64,000 bases of DNA. Source: an uncultured bacterium. GTDB taxonomy: Bacteria > Hydrothermota > Tepidihabitantia > Tepidihabitantales > Tepidihabitantaceae. Positions 45,102 to 54,418 of the stretch are shown piece by piece. The stretch lies in the NCBI GenBank assembly GCA_964590395.1, contig CAZPVT010000021.1:1329-65328 (forward strand), written 5' to 3'. The notes under the pieces are model-generated. The model was not told the origin of the DNA, did no database searches, and worked only from the letters and a program-made list of their open reading frames with translations. The translations under genes and the position numbers were made by a program. Each line of letters opens with the position of its first letter. Position 1 is the first letter of the stretch.

Positions 45102-47594
45102 ATGAACCGGAAAGCGAGAAGAGATAAAGTTACGCGCCAGAAAAAAAGCGGTAGTGACCAGCGCGCGGCACCGTTGCGTCTGAGTGCGGATAAACTTTCT
45201 TGGTGCTGTCCGAAAGATTTTCTGAATTTCAAAACTACGGCAGAACTGAAGATCTCGCGGGAAATCGTTGGACAGGAACGGGCTCTGCAGGCGCTGAAAT
45301 TAGGTATTGAGATCCAAGCCACTGGGTACAACATCTTTGTCACTGGACCTGCGGGCAGTGGTCGGACGACGACGGTGCAAAAACTGCTGGATAAGGCTAT
45401 GCCGGTTAAGATGCTGACGGACAAGTGTTATGTATATAATTTTCAGGATCCGGATCGGCCCAAACTTCTCCAACTATCTGCGGGTGAGGGGAAACGGTTA
45501 CGTAGTGCGATGGATGAGATGGTCGCCTATTTAGTGAAGAATATTCCCCGGCTGTTTGAGGGTGAAGCCTATCAAAACGCCCGCCAAGAGATTATCGACC
45601 GATTTAAAGAGCAGGGCGCAGCAAGGGTTCGGGAGTTTGAAAAAAAGGTTGCCGGGGAAGGGTTTGCTTTGGTGCAGAGTGCACCGGTTGCCCGTCCTGA
45701 GCTGGCGCCGATAGTTGACAAACAGCCGGTGAGTGTTGAGAATCTTGATCGTCTGGTCGAAGAAGGGAAATTAACTCTGGAAAGAGCGGGCGAGTTAAAA
45801 AACCGTTACCGAGAGTTAAGTGCAGAACTTTTGTCGATTTTCAAGGAGTTACGCGAGTTTGAACGGCAGGCGCGGGAGGCGCTAGCTAAACTGGATAAGG
45901 AGATTGTCAACCCAATATTGGAGGAGCGGATCGCTGAAATCCGGGAACGGTACCAGGATGCCCAGGTCGGAAAATATCTGGATGAGGTGAAGTCAGCGGT
46001 GGGAGCAGAAATTGACCTTTTCCGGCAGCGACCAGCAGAAGGCGAAACACCCCAGCCGGGGGGTGCCGGTGGTGATCCTTATCAGAAATTCCGGGTGAAT
46101 GTCTTGGTGGATAATAGCGAGATGAAGAAGGCACCGGTGGTTTTTGAAACAAACCCGAGTTACCGTAATCTTTTCGGGTCGATTGAACGGGTATGGGACC
46201 GAGCGGGACAATGGCGGACCGATTTTACGCTGATTAAAGCAGGTTCGTTAGCGCAGGCTGACGGCGGTTTTTTGGTCGTGAATGCACTCGACTTACTACT
46301 GGAGCCGGGTGTCTGGCCCAATCTGAAGCGCACCCTGCGTAACCGGCAGTTGGAAATCTCCGCCTATGACCCATTTGTTTCCCTGTTTGGTACCTCGGCG
46401 CTCAAACCTGAGCCGATACCACTCGATTTGAAGGTAATTATGATCGGTGAACCACTGGTGTATAACATTCTGGCAGCCTACGACGAGGAGTTCAAAAAAA
46501 TCTTCAAAGTTCGTGCCGACTTTGATTGGGAGATGGATTTGAACCAGTGGTCGGTACTGGAGTATGCCCAGGTTATCAAGGTGCTGGCGGAGAATGAGCA
46601 ATTGAAGCCGTTTGCCCGTTCAGCAGTTGCGCGGGTGATAGAGTTCAGTGCGCGGCTTGCGGGCAGACAGGATAAGGTTTCTACCCGGTTTAATGTAATC
46701 GGTGATGTGTTGAAGGAGGCAAATTACTGGGCAGACAAGTCGAATGCTAAGGTGGTATCAGCCGAGCATGTGGAGCAGGCAATTAACCAGCGGCGGGCAC
46801 GGGTGCAGATGATCGAGGATAAACTACAGGAGCGGATCCGGAAAGGTCTGCTGTTTATCGATGTAAAAGGCAAGGTGCAGGGGCAGGTAAATGGTTTAGC
46901 AGTTTATGATCTGGCTGAGCACTCCTTTGCCATTCCGGTTCGGATTACCGCTAAGGTGGGTGTTGGTGCCGCGGGGATAATTAGTGTTGAGCGGGAGGCA
47001 GAACTTTCTGGACCGATTCACGACAAAGGACTCTATATCATCACCGGCTATCTACGAAATAATTATGCCAGTGACCAACCATTGATATTGTCCGCATCAA
47101 TTACCTTTGAGCAGTCCTACGGTGGAATTGACGGCGACAGCGCCTCGTCAACCGAGTTGTATGCTTTGCTTTCAGAATTAGCCCGTTTGCCCTTGCGTCA
47201 GGATCTGGCGGTAACCGGTTCAGTTAACCAGAAGGGCGAGGTTCAGCCAATCGGTGGTGTTAATGAGAAGATCGAGGGCTTTTTTGATGTGTGTTGCCGG
47301 CAGGGGTTGACCGGCACCCAAGGCGTGTTAATCCCTAAGGCAAATATGGGTGATCTTATGCTCCGGCAGGATGTGGTGGCGGCAGTGCGATCTGGCAGGT
47401 TTCACATCTATGCGGTGGCAACAATTGATCAAGGGATAGAGTTGCTAACGGGGGTTCCGGCGGGGAAGATGGACCGTCGAGGAAATTATCCTGCGGACAG
47501 TGTTAATGGACGGGTTAAGGCAAGACTACGGGAGTTAGCCGATCTGTTCCGCCGTTTTCGTGCAGATGAGGGAAAAACCGCGGGCACCAAGTAG
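45102..47594 (+). CDS. Lon-like (S16, LonC-type) protease
   Basis: IVGQERA, GQVNGLAV, FEQSYGGIDGDSAS (catalytic Ser), IGGVNEKIEGF (Lys); degenerate Walker motifs. Confidence 0.92.
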   Translation: MNRKARRDKVTRQKKSGSDQRAAPLRLSADKLSWCCPKDFLNFKTTAELKISREIVGQERALQALKLGIEIQATGYNIFVTGPAGSGRTTTVQKLLDKAMPVKMLTDKCYVYNFQDPDRPKLLQLSAGEGKRLRSAMDEMVAYLVKNIPRLFEGEAYQNARQEIIDRFKEQGAARVREFEKKVAGEGFALVQSAPVARPELAPIVDKQPVSVENLDRLVEEGKLTLERAGELKNRYRELSAELLSIFKELREFERQAREALAKLDKEIVNPILEERIAEIRERYQDAQVGKYLDEVKSAVGAEIDLFRQRPAEGETPQPGGAGGDPYQKFRVNVLVDNSEMKKAPVVFETNPSYRNLFGSIERVWDRAGQWRTDFTLIKAGSLAQADGGFLVVNALDLLLEPGVWPNLKRTLRNRQLEISAYDPFVSLFGTSALKPEPIPLDLKVIMIGEPLVYNILAAYDEEFKKIFKVRADFDWEMDLNQWSVLEYAQVIKVLAENEQLKPFARSAVARVIEFSARLAGRQDKVSTRFNVIGDVLKEANYWADKSNAKVVSAEHVEQAINQRRARVQMIEDKLQERIRKGLLFIDVKGKVQGQVNGLAVYDLAEHSFAIPVRITAKVGVGAAGIISVEREAELSGPIHDKGLYIITGYLRNNYASDQPLILSASITFEQSYGGIDGDSASSTELYALLSELARLPLRQDLAVTGSVNQKGEVQPIGGVNEKIEGFFDVCCRQGLTGTQGVLIPKANMGDLMLRQDVVAAVRSGRFHIYAVATIDQGIELLTGVPAGKMDRRGNYPADSVNGRVKARLRELADLFRRFRADEGKTAGTK

Positions 47595-47671
47595 ACTGTG
47601 TTAATAACCCGATTGGCGGTCCGGGGGGAGAATTTGTCTCGTTGGTAGCGAAGGTTAAAGATGTTCGCCAA

Positions 47672-48793
47672 TTATTCCCCACTAGGCTTAATGCCGAGGA
47701 ACTGCAGAGTTTCTTTCAAGGCTTGGAAGAAACGACGATTTTCCTGCTGCTTGCCGATGGTAACCCGCAGGGCATTGGGATAGCCGTACTCCTTGACGGT
47801 GCGCGTAATCACGCCTTTGCGTTGCAGGATATCAGCGATCTGTCGGGAATCAATGGTGAAGTTGATAAAAACAAAGTTGCCATAACTCTCCAGATAGAAA
47901 AGGTTTAACTTTTTTAGTTCCTTATAAAAGTGCTGTTTGCCGGCTTCGTTTATTTTTCGGCTGCGCTGGATGTGGCGATGATCACCAAGCGCTGCCAGGG
48001 CAGCAACTTGAGCAGCACGATTAGCATTGAAGGGTAGCCTTACCTTCCTCAGGTTCTGAATTATCTCTGGTTTAGCGAAGCCGTAGCCAATGCGCAAACC
48101 AGCTAACCCGTAGATTTTGGAAAAGGTGCGCAGGACTAAAATGTTATAGTTCTGGTTGTAGTAGTCCAAGCCACGGGGATAATCCCGGCTGGTGATGTAC
48201 TCCGCATAGGCTTCATCGAGGATTACCAATACCGATTCTGGGACCTGGGCAATGAATTCACTAAACTCTTTTTTGGTTACGATCGTGCCAAGTGGGTTCA
48301 TCGGGTTGTCAAGGTAGATCAGTTTGGTCTTAGGGGTAATTGAGTTCAGTATGCGTTCCAGATCGTGGCGATAGTCGCGGGTTGGGATCTGGATTACATT
48401 GGCGTTCATAATCGTCCCGGCGATCCGGGCGGAGATAAACGAGCCGGCACTGAGTAGCATTTCATCACCGGGATCAAGATAGGCAAGACAAGCGAGATAG
48501 ATCAGGTCAACCGAGCCGTTACCGATGATAATTGAATCGTAATCCACCTTGAACAGTTCGCTCAGCCGCTGACGGAGGTAATAGCAGGTGTCTTCTGGAT
48601 AATAATGCAGTCTGGGCAGTTCTTTGCGTAGTGCGGCGATTGCCCGGGGTGATGGTCCTAATGGGTTTTCATTAGATGCAAGTTTGATGATGGAACATCT
48701 CAGTTTTAATTCCCGCACCACTTCCTCAACGGGTTTACCGGGTTTGTAAGGAACAACCCGTTCAATGTTTGGCCGGGGTGAAGGCAATGGCAT
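47672..48793 (-). CDS. hisC: histidinol-phosphate aminotransferase
   Basis: YKPGKP, KLASNENPLG, NPMNPLG, DEAYAEY, RTFSKIYGLAGLRIGY. Confidence 0.93.
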   Translation of the reverse strand: MPLPSPRPNIERVVPYKPGKPVEEVVRELKLRCSIIKLASNENPLGPSPRAIAALRKELPRLHYYPEDTCYYLRQRLSELFKVDYDSIIIGNGSVDLIYLACLAYLDPGDEMLLSAGSFISARIAGTIMNANVIQIPTRDYRHDLERILNSITPKTKLIYLDNPMNPLGTIVTKKEFSEFIAQVPESVLVILDEAYAEYITSRDYPRGLDYYNQNYNILVLRTFSKIYGLAGLRIGYGFAKPEIIQNLRKVRLPFNANRAAQVAALAALGDHRHIQRSRKINEAGKQHFYKELKKLNLFYLESYGNFVFINFTIDSRQIADILQRKGVITRTVKEYGYPNALRVTIGKQQENRRFFQALKETLQFLGIKPSGE

Positions 48794-48832
48794 TTTATTC
48801 CTCCTTCTTTTTAAATGAGGTTTTATTTTCGT

Positions 48833-49930
48833 TCACATTGCCCCTTTATTCTGTAATTTTGAGGCGGAGCGTGAGATTGCTGCGTCGCTTCGCTCCTCGC
48901 AATGACCTGATGGTTTACCGTCTGGCACTACACGGTTTGGTTTTAGAAGGGCAAAAAACAGCCCGCCGATTATGGCAAATACTAAGTCCAGCGCTAAAAA
49001 GAGTACCGCAGTTGACAGTGCCTTTTCCGGGGTTAACCGGTTAGGCAGCCACTGCGGAGTAAAAAAAAGCACAAAGGCGGCTTCCCGCACGCCTAAGCCA
49101 CCGATGGTCGGAATATTAACAATGATATTTAAAATCGGAATAAAAATTAGGTAATAACCCAAAGGCACAGTGCCGCGCACCGCACGGGCGGTCAGAAACC
49201 AGGTTATGGCGAGCGATGCCTGGACACCGATGCCGGAGAGAAAGGAGATAGTCAGGGCTAACGGTTGACGCCGGTAACTTTTTACCGAGGTATAGGAGCG
49301 GTCAATAAGATTGGTCAGGCGATGGAGTTGGGGGAACCGGTTACTGAGTAGCGCAAGTAGGCGGTTAAAAAGGCGGTGGCAGGTGTCGTTAAACAGGACG
49401 AGCGTAACACCGATCAGAAGCGCAAGTATGAAAATGAGCAACAGAAGCATCCCGAAGCCGGTAAGGCTGCTTTCTCCTAATTGGAGGGTATTTGCCTGGT
49501 TAAGTGAGACTACCAGTGCCATTACCACGGCGAGAAAAGCCAGACTTTGAAAACCGATCAGCCGGTCAAGAAAGGTGGCGGAAAATGCTTGAGGTGTTTT
49601 ACCGGGCTGTGTTGTGTAGGCAATTCGCATCACATCACCTCCGATCGAGGTGGGCAGGAGTTTGCAGAAAAAAAGCCCGAGCGTGAACACCCGGGCAAGA
49701 TACCAGGCGGTGAATTTTAACCCTTGGGCGCGAAGGAGAATCTGCCAGCGCCAGGCAGAAATCCAGATGAACAGGATGTAGGTAGCGGCGGCAAGCATAA
49801 TCCACCTCATATCTGCCTGTTTTACCGCTTTGAGACTAGCATCTAACTGCTGGCGAAATAGGTAACCCAGAAGAGCCAATAAACCAAAGGAAATGGAAAA
49901 CCGGATGAGGGAGGAAAAGCCCTTTTTCAC
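48833..49930 (-). CDS. lysylphosphatidylglycerol-synthase TM (flippase-like) protein
   Basis: AWRWQILL, LPTSIGGDVMR, DRLIG, IGGLGVREAAF. Confidence 0.88.
   Translation of the reverse strand: MKKGFSSLIRFSISFGLLALLGYLFRQQLDASLKAVKQADMRWIMLAAATYILFIWISAWRWQILLRAQGLKFTAWYLARVFTLGLFFCKLLPTSIGGDVMRIAYTTQPGKTPQAFSATFLDRLIGFQSLAFLAVVMALVVSLNQANTLQLGESSLTGFGMLLLLIFILALLIGVTLVLFNDTCHRLFNRLLALLSNRFPQLHRLTNLIDRSYTSVKSYRRQPLALTISFLSGIGVQASLAITWFLTARAVRGTVPLGYYLIFIPILNIIVNIPTIGGLGVREAAFVLFFTPQWLPNRLTPEKALSTAVLFLALDLVFAIIGGLFFALLKPNRVVPDGKPSGHCEERSDAAISRSASKLQNKGAM
48873..48906. repeat. REP-like element inside the 3' end of the flippase gene
   Basis: GAGATTGCTGCGTCGCTTCGCTCCTCGCAATGAC is near-identical to 29325-29358. 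Confidence 0.8.
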
Positions 49931-50913
49931 TTTCCGTCCTTTGAGACTGACCGGTCTTTTTCTATCGGTTCGGTTAATGCTCCCGGTAATTGAGTGCCAG
50001 GATGCTTTAAAGTGCGTTCCAGTCTATCCAGCCGATCATTAAGCGAAGCGATCGCCTCACCGAGAAAGCCAGAAGCAAAAAATAAAAGCCCCGCAAGGAT
50101 AAAAAGAACAACCAGATAGAGTAACGGCCTGAACCCATGTCCAAAAAGACGCAGGATAATTGCCACCAGCCCGATCAGAAAACCCAGGAAAAGGTTGATA
50201 AATCCGATGGTGCCAAAGTAGAGCAGTGGTTTACGCATAAACGAAACCTGAAAGCCAACCGCCAGCAGATCCAGAAAACCGATGATAATCCGAAACAGGC
50301 TGGAGTATTTGGATTTGCCCGCGTATCGGGGTCGCAGTTCAACCGGGACCTCGGTGATGGAAAATCCGGCCATCGCCGCGAGCGGGACAATATAGCGATG
50401 CCAGTCCTTTCTTAAGGAGATAGTATTTAATACCTCGCGGCGGAAGGTCTTCAAGGCGTTGATGTCGTGAACCTTAAGACCGAACAGTTTGCGGGCGAGG
50501 TAATTATAGATCCGGGAGACGGTTTTCTTTTCGTACCTGCCGATCTTTCTGCCGGTTACAAGGTCATAACCTTTGTCCAGCAGCTCTACTTGAAGTTTGA
50601 TGTCATCAGGTGAAAACTGGAGGTCAGCGTCAAAGATGGATATATAATTGCCCCGGGCATGTGCCAGACCGGCAAGGATCGCGGCGGTTTTGCCCTGATT
50701 CCGCTTCAGGCGGACCAGTTTCAGAAACGGATAGCGTTCGCGCGCCGCATCTGCGATCGCAAAAGTCTGGTCAGTTGAGCCGTCATCAACAATGATCACC
50801 TCGTATCGCTCGTCCAGTTTTTCTGCCAGTTCCCGTAATAATGGCTCAATATTCTCCGCCTCGTTGTACGCCGGGACGATCACCGAAACGAATTGCTTTT
50901 CTTCTGACCCCAT
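49927..50913 (-). CDS. GT2 polyprenol-phosphate glycosyltransferase (DPM1/ArnC-like)
   Basis: VIVPAYNE, VDDGSTD, DADLQ, two C-terminal TM helices. Confidence 0.92.
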   Translation of the reverse strand: MGSEEKQFVSVIVPAYNEAENIEPLLRELAEKLDERYEVIIVDDGSTDQTFAIADAARERYPFLKLVRLKRNQGKTAAILAGLAHARGNYISIFDADLQFSPDDIKLQVELLDKGYDLVTGRKIGRYEKKTVSRIYNYLARKLFGLKVHDINALKTFRREVLNTISLRKDWHRYIVPLAAMAGFSITEVPVELRPRYAGKSKYSSLFRIIIGFLDLLAVGFQVSFMRKPLLYFGTIGFINLFLGFLIGLVAIILRLFGHGFRPLLYLVVLFILAGLLFFASGFLGEAIASLNDRLDRLERTLKHPGTQLPGALTEPIEKDRSVSKDGK

Positions 50914-51003
50914 TGCTAAAATATATCAGATTTAAAATTAGTGTCAAGAGGATATAGAAGGGGACGGGCAAAAGGTGATAGAATCTCTATACTCTAAAAA
51001 AAT

Positions 51004-52932
51004 TCAGCGGGTGATCACCACTCTAGTTGTCCTTTTGCCTTTGATAAAGTAGACCCCCGGGCTTATTCCCTGCAGATCATTCAGACCGGCTTGAAGTTTA
51101 CGCACCCTTTTGCCGGTGATATCAAAAAGTTCCGCAGGCAGACTCCGGTCTGGTAGTTTCAGGCTACTGGTGACCACAGTGGGTTCAGGATGCGGTGCCG
51201 GTTCTATCTGTTCGGAGCCGATACCCAGAGGATTAAAACCGATTACTCGCAAGCCTGCTGAGTGGTCTGCAACGAGGATATAGTTTCCCGTGAACGCGAC
51301 ATCATAGGCACTTGCCGGTGTATCATAGTAGCCAACCTCAGTGAGTTGCCTCGGGTTGATGATCTCGATTATCCGCAACCCTGCACTGCCGTCCGCCACA
51401 TAGGCGTAGATCCCTTCTACCTGGATACCGTAAGCATAACCCGGTGTATTGTAATAGCCGATTTCGCTGGGGCTGACGGGATCGGTTATCTCGATTATCC
51501 GCAACCCTGCACTGCCGTCCGCCACATAGGCATATCTGCCAACCACCTGGAGATCAAGGGCGTAACCAGGTGTATCATAATAACCGATCTCCTCGGGATT
51601 GAGCGGGTCGTTGATGTCAATTATCCTTAAACCGTAACCGCCGTCTGCGAGATAGGCATAACCGCCGGCAACTGTAACACCACGGGCATCACCCGGTGTG
51701 TCGTAATAACCGGTTTCGTAAGGGTTAACAGGATCGGTTATATCAATTATCCTTAAACCGTAACCGCCGTCTGCGAGATAGGCATAACTGCCGGTAACTG
51801 TAACACCACGGGCATCACCCGGTGTGTTGTAATAACCGGTTTCGTAAGGGTTAACAGGATCGGTTATATCAATTATCCGCAAGCCCGCATACTCGTCTGC
51901 GAGATAGGCATAGTTGTCGTCTGTATCAACACCGCAAGCCCTGGCCGGGGTTTCATAGTAGCCGACCTCATCTGGACTGCGCGGGTTGCTGATGTTGATG
52001 ATCCTTAAACCCTCAAACAGGTCTGCTACACAGGCATAACCTCCTGACAGGGTAACACCACGGGCATTACCCGGGGTATCGTAATAGCCGACCTCATAGG
52101 GATTGCCCGGGTTGCTGATGTCAATAATCCGTAAACCACTGGAATGGTCCGCCACACAGGCATAACTTCCTGACAGGGCAACCGCAAAAGCCGAGCCCGG
52201 AGTGTCATAGTAGCCAATTTCAATTGGACTGCGCGGGTTACCAGCATCAACTACCCGCAAGCCCGCGTTCTGGGCAACAACGTAGGCATATCTGCCTGAA
52301 ATCGCAACCCCGCGGGACCAGTCCGGCAGGTAACAATAACCGACCTCCGCTGGATTTCCGGGATCGCTGATGTCAATTATGCGCAGTCCTGAATCCCGGT
52401 CTGCCACATAGGCATAACCGCCCGCTACCGCCACACCCAGAGCCCAGCCCGGGGTATCATAATAACCGACCTCCGCTGGATTTCCGGGATCGCTGATGTC
52501 AATTATGCGCAAGCCACCGGCATTGTCCGCAACACAGGCATAGTTGCCTGAGACCGCAATCGCGCGTGCTTCGCCGGGTGTGTTACAGGCACCGAGTTTT
52601 ACCGGAGATACCGGATCGGTAACATCCCAGATCTCCACTCCGGTATACCCGTTAGCAACATAAAGGAGATTGTTATTATAGAAAAGATGCTCGACAACAC
52701 CACTGGTGCGAATTTCAGACAGTTTTCTCGGCTGGGCAGGGTTGGAGATATCAAGCAAATAAATTCCACCCCCTGAGCCCATAAAACTGACCTGTCTTTG
52801 TATATCAACCGCCACCGCAGCGGTTGGACCAAAGGGCCAGGTACCGATTTGCCGGCAGTTTAATGAGTCCTGGGACCAGATAGAACCGCAGAACAGACCA
52901 ACCGCCACCGTTGCCTGTAGAAGGAGTTTCAT
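51004..52932 (-). CDS. secreted LVIVD-repeat beta-propeller protein with C-terminal sorting tail
   Basis: About 12 x 42-aa repeats YAYVAD..GLRIIDI..P..P.E.GYYDTPG; LFDITGK...PGVYFI tail; promoter TTGACA-17-TATAAT. Confidence 0.9.
   Translation of the reverse strand: MKLLLQATVAVGLFCGSIWSQDSLNCRQIGTWPFGPTAAVAVDIQRQVSFMGSGGGIYLLDISNPAQPRKLSEIRTSGVVEHLFYNNNLLYVANGYTGVEIWDVTDPVSPVKLGACNTPGEARAIAVSGNYACVADNAGGLRIIDISDPGNPAEVGYYDTPGWALGVAVAGGYAYVADRDSGLRIIDISDPGNPAEVGYCYLPDWSRGVAISGRYAYVVAQNAGLRVVDAGNPRSPIEIGYYDTPGSAFAVALSGSYACVADHSSGLRIIDISNPGNPYEVGYYDTPGNARGVTLSGGYACVADLFEGLRIINISNPRSPDEVGYYETPARACGVDTDDNYAYLADEYAGLRIIDITDPVNPYETGYYNTPGDARGVTVTGSYAYLADGGYGLRIIDITDPVNPYETGYYDTPGDARGVTVAGGYAYLADGGYGLRIIDINDPLNPEEIGYYDTPGYALDLQVVGRYAYVADGSAGLRIIEITDPVSPSEIGYYNTPGYAYGIQVEGIYAYVADGSAGLRIIEIINPRQLTEVGYYDTPASAYDVAFTGNYILVADHSAGLRVIGFNPLGIGSEQIEPAPHPEPTVVTSSLKLPDRSLPAELFDITGKRVRKLQAGLNDLQGISPGVYFIKGKRTTRVVITR
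51617..51878. repeat. near-identical 126-bp intragenic tandem duplication
   Basis: 51617-51742 and 51743-51868 differ at 3 positions by eye. Confidence 0.9.
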
Positions 52933-53044
52933 ATAAAACCTCCGGTTTTGTTTACCGGGATTATAATGGCTGTATTTTTAACTGTCAACTGGTGAGTGGT
53001 TTTACTAACTTGACCTTTGGTTAAGGTGCGGGTATGCTGAGTTG

Positions 53045-54418
53045 GTGCAGGAGCGTTTTCGGGAGCAATTGAGCTCGTTGGGCAGGGTTTTTGAACGTCT
53101 GCTTGTTTTGCAGGGTGAGCGTAAAATTTATCTGGTTGGTGGTGCGGTGCGGGATCTGCTGTTGAATAAGAGTCCGCAGGATTATGATTTTGCGGTTTCC
53201 GGTTCGGGTATTGAGTTTGCCCGGGGGTTTGCCCGTGAGGTCAGGGGGAAACTGGTGGTGCTTTCTGAGGATGATGATGAGGCAAGGGTGGTCTACCGGA
53301 AAAGACTGATACTGGATTTTAACGGCCTGCGTGGGGGGGCAATTGAGCAGGACCTGGGACAGCGAGATTTTACAATCAACGCGATGGCGGTGGAGGTGGG
53401 AAATTTTGATTTAATTGACCCTTTCGGCGGGCAAAGAGATCTTAAAAACAGGTTGATCAAACCGGTGGCGGATAACTCGCTTGACCTTGATCCGTTGCGG
53501 CTTTTGCGGTCGTTCCGGTTCGGGCTGGAGATGGGTTTTTTAGTTGATGATGCGGTCCGGTTGCAGGGGAGGAGAGTTTCTCTGCAAAACACCGCACCGG
53601 AGCGGATCGGATATGAACTGCTGCGGATTCTGGAGGCGGTTAACGGGGTTTTGGTGCTGGTGGAGTTGCGGGAGTTGGGTAAACTTCTGGAGATTTTGCC
53701 GGAAATCGCGCCACTTTCAGCAGATGAGGAGCTCTGGCAGCACACTCTGCGGACCTGCTATAAACTGGAGGAGATTTTACTTCATCCCGGGTTTTTTGAG
53801 CGGTTTAAGCCAGAGTGGGATGCCTATTTTAACCGTATGCCTTACCGTCGGGCGCTATTGAAACTGGCGGCGCTGCTGCATGATGTTGCTAAGCCCCACA
53901 CCCGTTTTGTAAACGAGGCGGGTGAGACCCATTTTTATGGCCATGATGGGCTGGGAGCTCGTCTGGTGGTTAAGATCGGATATGAGCGGTTGCGCCTTTC
54001 CCGTAATCAGGTCCGGGTTGTCCAGACGCTGGTCAAGGAGCATATGCGTCTGCATCTCTTGGCAACTGCACCGGAGTTGAGCGAGCGGGCAATCCGGAGG
54101 TTTTTTCGCGATTTAGGAGATGAGGCGTTCGGGTTGATGATTCTGTGTTATGCGGATGGCTGGGCAACTGCGGGCAGGACGGTTCATCTGGAGGCGACAA
54201 TCACGCGGATGCTGGAGCAACGGCGGGCAGAACTGGCAGAGCAGAGGGTAAAGAGGCTGGTGACCGGTGATGATCTGATCGCGCTGGGGTTGAAGCCGGG
54301 TCCGGTTTTTCGGGTGATTCTGCAGGAGCTGGAGGATCTTCAGATTGAAGGCAAGATCACCACCAAGGAGGAGGGGATCGAGTATCTGAAGTCCTACTTG
54401 AGTAACCTGGATAAATGA
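53045..54418 (+). CDS. cca: CCA tRNA nucleotidyltransferase / poly(A) polymerase family with HD domain
   Basis: YLVGGAVRD, DYD, RDFTINAMA, DPLRLLR, LLHDVAK; likely GTG start at 53045. Confidence 0.88.
   Translation: MQERFREQLSSLGRVFERLLVLQGERKIYLVGGAVRDLLLNKSPQDYDFAVSGSGIEFARGFAREVRGKLVVLSEDDDEARVVYRKRLILDFNGLRGGAIEQDLGQRDFTINAMAVEVGNFDLIDPFGGQRDLKNRLIKPVADNSLDLDPLRLLRSFRFGLEMGFLVDDAVRLQGRRVSLQNTAPERIGYELLRILEAVNGVLVLVELRELGKLLEILPEIAPLSADEELWQHTLRTCYKLEEILLHPGFFERFKPEWDAYFNRMPYRRALLKLAALLHDVAKPHTRFVNEAGETHFYGHDGLGARLVVKIGYERLRLSRNQVRVVQTLVKEHMRLHLLATAPELSERAIRRFFRDLGDEAFGLMILCYADGWATAGRTVHLEATITRMLEQRRAELAEQRVKRLVTGDDLIALGLKPGPVFRVILQELEDLQIEGKITTKEEGIEYLKSYLSNLDK

Noticed and set aside
51617-51868. 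DGR template/variable repeat pair (the 3 differences are A/G on the coding strand)
   Set aside because: Both copies are adjacent in-frame protein repeats, and no reverse transcriptase or Avd gene is present; ordinary transitions explain the differences.
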